A DNA stretch of 64,000 bases from Candidatus Moanibacter sp. (lineage in GTDB: Bacteria > Verrucomicrobiota > Verrucomicrobiia > Opitutales > UBA2987): NCBI GenBank assembly GCA_965215885.1, contig CBDCEW010000105.1, positions 320,001 through 384,000 on the forward strand, written 5' to 3'. A program made the translations under genes and the position numbers. Below are positions 1 through 7,938 of the stretch, piece after piece; position 1 is the stretch's first letter; every line of letters begins with the position of its first letter. Under the pieces are notes generated by a model that was not told the DNA's origin, made no database searches, and saw nothing but the letters and a program-made list of their open reading frames with translations.

Positions 1-61
1 CAATCGGTAACACTTGGAACCGGTGGCGCAAACCGGCATTGCCTCGCACGCCTTGTTCGCA
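1..61 (-). other. attC site, truncated by window edge (cassette 7)
   Basis: R''-like TGCGAAC directly after the stop at 62; shares CAAACCGGCATTGCCT with the attC at 2028-2117. Confidence 0.75.
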
Positions 62-316
62 TCAGATATGGTCTGCATAGGTAACATCGACGACGTAGAT
101 TCTCTTCACTGCGTGATCCACATAGTATAGAACCGCGTACGCATTTAAGATAACACCGTGCAGGTTTCCCTCGTCGCCTCGATCCGAAAAATCGGGATCC
201 TTGAACGGATCTCTTCCGATCCGCTCAATTTCGAAAAGAAGCTTTGTCCCTTCTTTATTGCGTTCCGCGGAAAGAAATCCGATCGCCTTTACCGAGATAA
301 AGACCTCGTAGTCCAC
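62..316 (-). CDS. Putative RelE/ParE-fold toxin
   Basis: 84 aa; N-terminal YEVFIS strand and C-terminal YAVLYYVDHAVKRIYVVDV strands; downstream of a small partner gene. Confidence 0.6.
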   Translation of the reverse strand: MDYEVFISVKAIGFLSAERNKEGTKLLFEIERIGRDPFKDPDFSDRGDEGNLHGVILNAYAVLYYVDHAVKRIYVVDVTYADHI

Positions 317-320
317 AGTC

Positions 321-518
321 TTATTCTTCCGCGATCTGTTTCTTCAGCTTGTCAAGGCTGACCCAATGATCAGGATCCTTGTCGTCCAGACGCCGAGACA
401 ATTCCTTCCGATAATCCTCGTTCTCCCGCAGACGCCGAAGAACGAGATGAGACATTAGTCTCTTTCGATCAATCGGCTCCAACTTGTCGACTTCGCTGAT
501 GATCTCAGTGATGCCCAT
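321..518 (-). CDS. Putative antitoxin / addiction module protein
   Basis: 65 aa charged helical protein 4 bp upstream of the toxin-like gene; WVSLDKLKK tail. Confidence 0.55.
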   Translation of the reverse strand: MGITEIISEVDKLEPIDRKRLMSHLVLRRLRENEDYRKELSRRLDDKDPDHWVSLDKLKKQIAEE

Positions 519-580
519 TGCGATTCAATGCTATTTCAGTCCTCTGACCTGTCGAGCCGAAATTCCGCGCGCGCCAGCGC

Positions 581-644
581 GCGGAACGTCTGAGCTCTCA
601 TGCGAAGGGCGTTAGCCCAAGTTATGAGCAGCATCTTGTTATGC
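581..644 (-). other. attC site (cassette 6)
   Basis: Minus strand GCATAAC...GTTCCGC, 64 bp, imperfect palindrome, contains the GNAT stop. Confidence 0.9.
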
Positions 645-1433
645 TGACATTTCACCTCTGAGATCGATCTCGCAGTTAACCATATAAGATATCACACGGA
701 AGCCAATCTTTTCCAGGATCGGTTGGCTCGTGGGCATTGCTTCGACACACAAGAAACGAACTTCTCTGTCAATCGCTTCTTGGGCTCTTACCCCCACAAG
801 TGCAGAATAAAATCCCTGATTACGATAATCGGGGTGCGTTGATCCGCCCAACAGATAGGAAAACTGACTTTCCGGATGAAAGGTACAGCGCGCACAACTG
901 ACCGGCTGGTTATTCTTATGAGCAATGTAAACGCTCATATAGTCTGGATGACTGCTCAAGAAAAATTCCATGAACTTGGTTAACTTGTCGAACGGCTGAT
1001 TCCAAACAGCCTCTGAAACACTTCGGAATTTATGGAGATGTTGAGGGTCGGTGATTCGTCGAATGTCGTGTTTTGAGACCTTTAGCAATTGCTCGGGTCG
1101 ATCTTCCAGATCGACAACCATTACAGCGCAACGCGATGAGATTGAAAATCCAGTTCGCTTCAGAACGTCAAGTAGGTTACCAGGGGGTTCGTGTTCGTAA
1201 ACTTTCCATTCGAGTGTACGGTTTAAACTGCGCTCATAGTTGATCTCTCGCTCAATCCTTTTCTCCAACTCGGACGGTGAAATACAAGAGAACTTGATCT
1301 TGGCTTCATCTTCCATGCGTGAAAGGTGCCTTACAATATCAGGCGTCGCCTCTCTTCGCATGTGCGGATAAACCACCTCACGACGGTCGAGATCGAAATA
1401 GTCAAGAACCTCTTCACGTTCTAAGGTGCTCAT
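639..1433 (-). CDS. GNAT family N-acetyltransferase (cassette)
   Basis: GGSTHPDYRNQGFYSAL acetyl-CoA motif A; SQPILEKIGF motif B. Confidence 0.85.
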   Translation of the reverse strand: MSTLEREEVLDYFDLDRREVVYPHMRREATPDIVRHLSRMEDEAKIKFSCISPSELEKRIEREINYERSLNRTLEWKVYEHEPPGNLLDVLKRTGFSISSRCAVMVVDLEDRPEQLLKVSKHDIRRITDPQHLHKFRSVSEAVWNQPFDKLTKFMEFFLSSHPDYMSVYIAHKNNQPVSCARCTFHPESQFSYLLGGSTHPDYRNQGFYSALVGVRAQEAIDREVRFLCVEAMPTSQPILEKIGFRVISYMVNCEIDLRGEMSA

Positions 1434-1454
1434 ACGCGTTTTTGGCTAAATGAA

Positions 1455-1518
1455 GCATAACGTTCAAGCTCTGGCGCGGAGGCGCATGCCGACGTTGTCC
1501 AGAAGCGCCGTGTTCGCC
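1455..1518 (-). other. attC site (cassette 5)
   Basis: Minus strand GGCGAAC...GTTATGC, 64 bp. Confidence 0.9.
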
Positions 1519-1522
1519 GTCT

Positions 1523-1783
1523 CTATTGGGCTACGAGCGGGTACTTCTCCGGTTCGTCCAGGCTCTCCACGTCCAGATCGACATCCAGTGCTTCCCAAAA
1601 TAGGTGAAAATCATGGATGAGGCGTACGTCGCAAATCTGCTCTACCGTGGCCTTTCTGAACCACGGGAAATGGTCGTAATCGAGGAAATACTCTCTCCCT
1701 TGCAGGAATATCCAAATTCCGTGTGGAGAAATATTCTGAATCTCAACCCCCGAAGTGGCTTTTCCAACTGTCTCTGATTTCAT
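1523..1783 (-). CDS. DUF2442 family protein, putative antitoxin
   Basis: NISPHGIW...FPWF...LFWEALDVDLDVESL pattern; paired with DUF4160 gene; ATG at 1783. Confidence 0.8.
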   Translation of the reverse strand: MKSETVGKATSGVEIQNISPHGIWIFLQGREYFLDYDHFPWFRKATVEQICDVRLIHDFHLFWEALDVDLDVESLDEPEKYPLVAQ

Positions 1784-1982
1784 CGGCTCTCTCCTCCACA
1801 ATTTCTTGCAGTTCCCGAAGCTCCTTGTCCTTAAGTCCCTTATTTACTGCGAGTTCAATTTCAGGTTCAATCCAGTATTTCGCCTCTCCGTCCGGCGAAT
1901 ACACATGTACATGCATTCGATCCTCCTCTCGGGAGAAGAAATAGAATCGGTAACTTCCGATTCGAAATATCGTCGGACTCAT
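1743..1982 (-). CDS. DUF4160 family protein, putative toxin
   Basis: MSPTIFR..YRFYFFSREE..HVHV..GEAKYW..W..HF pattern. Confidence 0.85.
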   Translation of the reverse strand: MSPTIFRIGSYRFYFFSREEDRMHVHVYSPDGEAKYWIEPEIELAVNKGLKDKELRELQEIVEERADEIRDSWKSHFGG

Positions 1983-2027
1983 GTAAATAGCCTATCCGCC
2001 GGGTCGTCTGTCTCAATGTTATATTTC

Positions 2028-2117
2028 GGCGAACGCTGGAACGCAGGCATGCCGGCCAATTGGCTTCACTCTGAAACGGCGGCACAAACCGGCATTGCCT
2101 GGCGTGATTTGTTAGGT
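2028..2117 (-). other. attC site (cassette 4)
   Basis: Minus strand ACCTAAC...GTTCGCC, 90 bp, contains the stop of 2112-2372. Confidence 0.9.
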
Positions 2118-2372
2118 GCTTGTTTTTTTCTTTTCGATCGCTTCTTTTCCAATGATCAACCAACCCCTACGAGTCGAGTATATCAGGATCGCGGTTAAAA
2201 ATAGGGGCAGGCCCGTGATGTAAACGAGATAGGCACTCAATGTCCTAATTTTTTCCCATTCTGTCGGCTCAAACATCAAAATGGCCACCCCCATCGCGAA
2301 AATGCAGACATAGAGGCCGAAAAACAGATTCTCCGCTGGCGAAACATGTCTGTGTTCTGTTCCGGACTTCAT
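2112..2372 (-). CDS. Hypothetical two-TM membrane protein (cassette)
   Basis: Fills the cassette between core site 2384-2390 and its attC; two hydrophobic segments. Confidence 0.65.
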   Translation of the reverse strand: MKSGTEHRHVSPAENLFFGLYVCIFAMGVAILMFEPTEWEKIRTLSAYLVYITGLPLFLTAILIYSTRRGWLIIGKEAIEKKKTST

Positions 2373-2442
2373 GGAATCTCGCTACCTAACGTTAAAGCGC
2401 TAAGACGGCGGCACCTGCCGCCGTTCTAAGGAGCGTCTGGTT

Positions 2443-3357
2443 GTGTGCCGGGCAGGACCGACTGCTTAATGGTGAAGTTAACGTCAGAAGGAAATGACAC
2501 ATGAAGTAAACAAAGTCCAGACCCAGCCCGATGGAGGCGAAGGGTAGCCGATGGCAAGAGTATCGCAGCGATGAGGGCTCGAAGGAAGCTGGAGGCAAAG
2601 ACGCGTGCTGACGAACAGGTATGCCCCGCACCGGAAACGGTGGAGGGCAGGCAGATGAGGCGAGGGAAGACTGGGACGAGCCTGCAACACAAGATGAAGT
2701 CCTCTATCCATCAGAGAGTTGACCCGCGTATATCTGACGGTGGTGCGTCGAAAGTAGTCGGAATGACCCCGGGAGAGCCGCTATGTCTCCTGATTTTCAG
2801 GAGTGAGCAACCCGCAAGGGAAGCCTACCGCATAGGGGCAGTCAGCAGCCTGTCCTCCGAAGCTCGGAGAGCGAAGGACGGGAGGGCATAAGAGTCGTAG
2901 GAAACGAGCCGGGAGTAGTCGCCGACGGGAAACCCGTCCGACGACGAATCCGGAGGACTCACCCCGACAAAGGCCCGAACGGTGCCTGTGTCGAAGGGCA
3001 CAGGTAAATGAGAGTGGCAAGTAGGAAGAGCGACTAATGAACTCATTGCAGCAGTCCAGCTCAGAAGAGTTTGTTGCGTCGCGAATATCCAAAAGCCCGA
3101 CAGGACGGATCCGGCTCCTGGAGAGTATCCCGGAGCGGAAGAACATGCAGCACGCGCTGCACTTTGCCCGCTACGTCGACGACTGTGTCATCTTCGTCCG
3201 AAGCGAGCGAGCAGGGAAACGGGTAATGAAATTTCCAGTCATTCGGGAGCGTCTTCCCCTGGACCCGATCCTGCCTGATCAGCCGAACCGCCACTTACGG
3301 ACCCGTACGAGTGGTGGTGTGGGAGGGGCGCCCCGCGAGGGGCGTCCCTATCCCGAT
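2443..3357 (+). mobile_element. Group IIC (attC-targeting) intron, ORF-deleted, copy 1
   Basis: 5' GTGTG; short class C domain V GAACCGCCACTTACGGACCCGTACGAGTGGTGGTGTGGGAGG; 3' CCCTATCCCGAT; RT remnant HFARYVDDCVIFV. Confidence 0.92.
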
Positions 3358-3899
3358 GTGTGCCGGGCAGGACCGACTGCTTAATGGTGAAGTTAACGTC
3401 AGAAGGAAATGACACATGAAGTAAACAAAGTCCAGACCCAGCCCGATGGAGGCGAAGGGTAGCCGATGGCAAGAAGCATCCCACGGGAGTGGGATGCTAC
3501 GAAGAATCCGGAGGACTCACCCCGACAAAGGCCCGAACGGTGCCTGTGCCGAATGGCACAGGTAAATGAGAGTGGCAAGTAGGAAGAGCGACTAATGAAC
3601 TCATTGCAGCAGTCCAGCTCAGAAGAGTTTGTTGCGTCGCGAGTATCCAAAAGCCCGACAGGACGGATCCGGTTCCTGGAGAGTATCCCGGAGCGGAAGA
3701 ACATGCAGCGCGCGCTGCACTTTGCCCGCTACGTCGAGGACTGTGTCATCTTCGTCCGAAGCGAGCGGGGAGGGAAACGGGTGATGAATTCCCATCATTC
3801 GGGCTCGTCTTCCCCTGGACCCGATCCTGCCTGAGCAGCCGAACCGCCACTTACGGACCCGTACGAGTGGTGGTGTGGGAGGGGCGTCCCTATCCCGAT
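3358..3899 (+). mobile_element. Group IIC intron, further reduced, copy 2 (head-to-tail with copy 1)
   Basis: Same 5' end and domain V; RT remnant HFARYVEDC; large deletion in the 5' ribozyme domains and shortened domain VI. Confidence 0.9.
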
Positions 3900-3930
3900 A
3901 TACCTCCAATTCGGTAGCCCTGTTCTGAAA

Positions 3931-4745
3931 TCAATCCCGATTAGCCTCGATCCACCCTACAGCGAAGTCGACTAGTTCGCATTGTGGAAAGAGAACCGAT
4001 ACAGCGTAGCCCACTTTGCCTCGAACGACTTGGTTTGATGCACTTTCGTATGCCTGCCCAATCTGTGGAAAGTCATCCGAGCATGAGTCAATGTCCGAAA
4101 ACTCGGTCCAATAGGTGGCTCCGTCTCGGGAGATGGGCGCTCCATGCCTTACTATTTGTTTGGATGCGAAGCTTGCCCGAAACTCCGCCAGATGAAGCGA
4201 GGAATTGGAATCGTGTCCCACACCGATCAAAAGAACGCTTCCTCCACTTTCGTAGACCCTCGCCAGCGGCGATTGCTCGCCAAACGAACTTTCCAAAGCG
4301 TGGTCGCTGGTTACAAAGTCAGCTCTTGGACCGGAAGCAGCAAATGAAACGTGGGGGTGGTTGCTGCGCACCACGCTGTCCGCGCCTCGAAAGCACTCAG
4401 GGATTGCGCCCATACCCCGTGTGGGAGTGAACGGTCAAACGCCGGCATTGTTCGACGTATTGTTGGCCACCAAGTCGGATCGACTGGAGGATTACTCCAT
4501 CCTGCAGGATCGGTTAGGCCGCCCGAGTGAGTGGGCATTACCAATGTTCCCTTTGGTCCAAGTGCGCTTAGGAGAGCGTTGACGACCGCCACGGGACCGC
4601 CGGCGACCCAGCCGATCGAGCTGAGAGACGAGTGAACCAGCAAGGTCATACCATCCGTTACTCCCAGTTGGGTCAAGTCGCACACGAGGCGGTCCTGAAT
4701 GACCGGACCCGCGATCGAGTTACTGATGACATCTCGCTCAGTCAC
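3931..4745 (-). pseudogene. AAC(3)/YokD-family N-acetyltransferase, frameshifted near 4430 (cassette)
   Basis: LLVHSSLSSIGWVAGG..GTLVMPTH in one frame; TPTRGMGAIPECFR..RSNHPHVSF..NSSLHLAE in another; GTG at 4745. Confidence 0.85.
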
Positions 4746-4767
4746 TGAAGACCCTTTAATCCTGTAC

Positions 4768-4830
4768 GTATAACGATCGGTCTCACACGCGGCGGCGTTA
4801 GCCGGCGTTGTGTGAAGACACTGGTTATGC
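4768..4830 (-). other. attC site (cassette 2)
   Basis: Minus strand GCATAAC...GTTATAC, 63 bp, contains the higA stop. Confidence 0.9.
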
Positions 4831-5136
4831 CTTCGCCGTGGCCATAGAATGAACCTCCGATGCAATCTTCTTTCCGACCTCCCGCTCGGCCACTTCGAGA
4901 TCGTGTTCTCCTTGAAGCCCAACCCAGAATTCCGCCGTAGTCCCAAAGTATCTTGAGAGCCGCAAGGCGGTTTCAGCCGTAATCGATCGACGACCTTTTA
5001 CGATTTCAGTGATGCGCGAGGCCGGAATTCCGGTTTCGCGTGCCAACTGAGCTTGGGTTAGGCCCATCGGCTTGATGAACTCTTCGAGGAGGATCTCCCC
5101 CGGAGGAATAGTTGGTAAGCGATTTTTCTGCTTCAT
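4825..5136 (-). CDS. higA: HigA family antitoxin
   Basis: PGEILLEEF..LTQAQLA..ITAETALRLSRYFGTTAEFW HTH; ATG at 5136. Confidence 0.93.
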   Translation of the reverse strand: MKQKNRLPTIPPGEILLEEFIKPMGLTQAQLARETGIPASRITEIVKGRRSITAETALRLSRYFGTTAEFWVGLQGEHDLEVAEREVGKKIASEVHSMATAKA

Positions 5137-5141
5137 TGTGG

Positions 5142-5423
5142 TCAGTGGTAATCTATGATTCGGGCTTCTCGGACGGTTCCTTCCTTCCAGCGGAAAAGGA
5201 TTCTCCATTGGTCGTTGATTCGGATACTCCAGTGTCCCCGCAAATTGCCCCGCATTGCCTCCAGTCGGTTTGCTGGCGCAATCCTGAGATCCCGAAGTTC
5301 TCTCGCCTGATTCAGCATGCGCAGTTTTCGACGCGCACGATGCTGGATGTCATCCGGCAATCGGGTGGAGCGGATTCCCTGGTATACCTTTTTCGTCTCG
5401 CCATCACCGAATGATTCAATCAC
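5142..5423 (-). CDS. higB: HigB family toxin (plasmid maintenance killer)
   Basis: MIESF..NRLEAM.G...G.WSIRINDQWRI.F..DYH. Confidence 0.93.
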   Translation of the reverse strand: MIESFGDGETKKVYQGIRSTRLPDDIQHRARRKLRMLNQARELRDLRIAPANRLEAMRGNLRGHWSIRINDQWRILFRWKEGTVREARIIDYH

Positions 5424-5449
5424 GCGTAACGACTACGAGATGCCCACTG

Positions 5450-5479
5450 TTACGTCAAGCGTAATTACGAAATACGTAA
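5450..5479 (-). promoter_or_regulatory. Tandem palindromic operators over the higBA -35
   Basis: Two abutting TTACG-N5-CGTAA repeats (5450-5464, 5465-5479); minus-strand TTGACG inside the first. Confidence 0.7.
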
Positions 5480-5508
5480 TTTTCCCAGATGCGAATCAAT
5501 CCTTATTG

Positions 5509-5567
5509 GCATAACGCTGCGGATCACGCGCGGCTGCAAGCCGTCGCGTGCATCCGGCTTGTTCGCA
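5509..5567 (-). other. attC site (cassette 1)
   Basis: Minus strand TGCGAAC...GTTATGC, 59 bp. Confidence 0.9.
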
Positions 5568-5586
5568 CTCTCTCTGCCTGGTTCGG

Positions 5587-6660
5587 TCAGCCGATTCGCC
5601 ATTCGATGCGTTCAACGCCCCAATCACGGTCAGGTGCCTTCACGCTTTCGAATCCCCAGAACTCCGTGGTCGAGTCCGTGGTCTGCGGCTCACCAAACAG
5701 GGGGTCGCAAGGGGAGTAGAGCGAACCCAAGGGGAACACATTGTTGCTCTTTTCTATGGGCGCGAAATGTATGCCGTCTTCCGACCAGTGGATCCAACGC
5801 TCGCCTTTCTCGCCAGCCATGTCGCCGTAGTTGGGGATCATGAGCATGCCGTGCTTGTAGCGCCAGCAGAAATGCCCGTGCCCGATCAGAAGCGGATTGC
5901 CTTCGTATTTTCTGTACGGCCCCGTTAGAGCATCTGCGATGGCCACCCCGTTCTCGGTCGGCACGCCCGCGCGAATCCCCTTGTAGTACATGAACCACTT
6001 GCCGTCGAGATACACGTGCCTCGGGTTCAGAACTCTGTCACTGTCCCAGCTCTCTCCGTCCATTGCGGGTTCCACCAGGACGTCGACGCCGGGCGGCAGT
6101 GCCCATGGCCCGGCCGGCGAGTCGGCAACTAGGCAAGAGATGCCGACCATCCGATGCCCATATTTCTCGACATTGTTGGACCAGACCTCGGTGAACAGGT
6201 AGAACCTGTCCTGGTGGAACACAACGTTGGGTTGTTCCAACAGCAGGTCATAGCATGAACCGGCGGGGCCGAGCGGCAGATGGGCGTGTGCAGTCCAGTT
6301 ATGTGTGTCCTCCGAACTCAAGTAGAGGATGCGCGACGAGCGGGGCCTGTAGGCCTGGCCCTCGGGCGTCTTGAAGAAGTCGGTGTCGGCCCAGTAATGC
6401 GCTTCGGCGCAAAGGGAACGATCGAGATCGATCATCCACATGTGGTATTTGCCGCCGTGATAGATGATGCGGGACGGGTCAGACTGCCAGTTGTTGGGGC
6501 TGAGCGTGACGTCTTCGGGGTTGGCAATCCAGTTCATGTTTCTGGAGGTGCGAGTCTTTGTGATGCTTTTCAGTTCGGGCGGCCCGGTGTAACTGCCTTC
6601 TGCTGCACGAAAGTAGATTCCGTCCTCGCCCACTGTTCTCTTGTTCATGTCCCCATTCAT
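5587..6660 (-). CDS. Five-bladed beta-propeller glycoside hydrolase, GH117/GH43-like (first cassette)
   Basis: SDPSRIIYHGGKYHMW; WFMYYKG; GVAIADALTGPYRKYEGNP motifs. Confidence 0.75.
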   Translation of the reverse strand: MNGDMNKRTVGEDGIYFRAAEGSYTGPPELKSITKTRTSRNMNWIANPEDVTLSPNNWQSDPSRIIYHGGKYHMWMIDLDRSLCAEAHYWADTDFFKTPEGQAYRPRSSRILYLSSEDTHNWTAHAHLPLGPAGSCYDLLLEQPNVVFHQDRFYLFTEVWSNNVEKYGHRMVGISCLVADSPAGPWALPPGVDVLVEPAMDGESWDSDRVLNPRHVYLDGKWFMYYKGIRAGVPTENGVAIADALTGPYRKYEGNPLLIGHGHFCWRYKHGMLMIPNYGDMAGEKGERWIHWSEDGIHFAPIEKSNNVFPLGSLYSPCDPLFGEPQTTDSTTEFWGFESVKAPDRDWGVERIEWRIG

Positions 6661-6680
6661 GGCGTGCTTGGTCTCCCTGG

Positions 6681-6710
6681 TGCGAACAGTTTAATGGGCT
6701 CCACTCAGTC
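6681..6710 (-). other. Putative attI (outer boundary approximate)
   Basis: Minus strand CATTAAACT-GTTCGCA core site, complement of cassette 1 R''; no attC-like palindrome beyond it. Confidence 0.7.
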
Positions 6711-7086
6711 GTGGATATTATGGGTTAGGATAGCCAGAAATACAGCGATCTGGGGGAGAACTCCTACCATCGACATTCCTTTCCTAAGCTCAGGTTTCAT
6801 GCGGCTTGGAGTCGATACAAGCCTTAAATATCACCAAGGTTTCCGTACGACGCAACCATGAATTATCCGCCGACAGAAGCTTCACTCGAAAACCTTCAGG
6901 AGGTTGTCGATTCCGGCCAGAAGGCAAATGCTATACTCGGTCGTGGATATTATCCTTCATGCACCGTGCCGCTAAGGCCTACTGCTCGTCTGTATGTTGT
7001 TGGGTGGCAGTGACTAATCACTCTGTGCAAGTGTCGGCATGGAGATTATCCCAACTGCAGAACCTCAACTGAGTGGCGCATAACAC

Positions 7087-7108
7087 TTGACAACGGGAAC
7101 AAATGTTC
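7087..7108 (+). promoter_or_regulatory. intI promoter -35 and palindromic LexA-like box
   Basis: TTGACA at 7087-7092; GAAC-AAAT-GTTC at 7097-7108; ATG at 7125. Confidence 0.6.
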
Positions 7109-7124
7109 ACTGTGTGGTTGTCCA

Positions 7125-7938
7125 ATGAAAATCGTGCATTTCCCGCGCTGGGCGGAGATCCTGGAGCGTTCTGATGTCGACTCCCGTACGAGAGAATTCT
7201 ATCTCATTACCATCCGCTGGTATCTATCATGGTGTACGAAGGCAGGGCTCGCAGCAACTAATCGATCCGCCCAGGAATTTGTCGAGTGGGCTGCTCGCGA
7301 GAGATCCTCATCTGAAAGGACCGTAGCGCGATGGAAAGAGGCAATTCGCTGGTTTTTCGCCAACGGTGAGCGAAGGGAGATTCCAACCGATGGATTTGGA
7401 GCGGGGTCAGGTCGTTGTTCGATGCGGGAAGGGCGACAAAGACCGGATAGCTCCAATGCTAAAAGTTCTGGAAAAGGAGCTTAGAACGCATATGGATCAA
7501 CTGGCTGAGACGTTCGAATCTGATCGGGCGAGGCATCTTCCAAGAGTCTTCCTTCCGGGCGGCCTTGAGCGCAAATTCCCAAGGGCAGGGATCGAATGGG
7601 CATGGCAGTGGTTCTGGCCCAGCCGGGAACTCAGCATCGACTCAAGGAGTGGGATTAAGCGCCGGCACCATGTGCAACCGAACCACAATCAAGCCGCAAT
7701 CAAGCGTGCGGCACAAAATGCCGGCATCGGGAAGAGAGTGACCAGCCATGCCCTCCGCCACTCATTCGCCACGCACCTGTTCGAAGGCGGGGTGGATATC
7801 CGCACCGTTCAGGATTTATTGGGCCATGCGCATATCGAAACCACGCAGATCTATCTGCATGTAATGACTAAGCCCGGTGCGGGTAGTCTCAGCCCCTTGG
7901 ATCTGATGGCGTATTGTGCCGAAGGGAAAGAAATGTAA
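7125..7938 (+). pseudogene. intI: Integron integrase, internally deleted and out of frame
   Basis: GKGDKDR, integron insertion [39 protein letters not shown] present; core-binding domain and box I Arg absent; frame change near 7385. Confidence 0.9.

Larger units (their letters stand above)
2384..3903 (-). other. attC site (cassette 3) split by group II introns: 2384-2442 plus 3900-3903
   Basis: Removing 2443-3899 rejoins GTT|ATAC, giving R'' GTATAAC, the complement of the cassette start at 4768-4774. Confidence 0.88.
1..7938. mobile_element. Integron: intI pseudogene, attI and array of at least 7 cassettes (runs off the window start)
   Basis: Tyrosine recombinase with integron-specific insertion, divergent from small ORFs each followed by an attC; in 6 of 7 cassettes the R'' box is the exact complement of the core site at the cassette start. 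Confidence 0.95.

Noticed and set aside
3037..3834. Functional reverse transcriptase, retron or DGR
   Set aside because: Only short RT5 remnants inside group II intron boundaries
1..6700. CRISPR-like repeat array
   Set aside because: The recurring palindromes are dissimilar attC sites separated by whole genes; no identical repeats or cas genes
6806..7072. ORF between attI and intI
   Set aside because: No recognisable motif or RBS; probably non-coding
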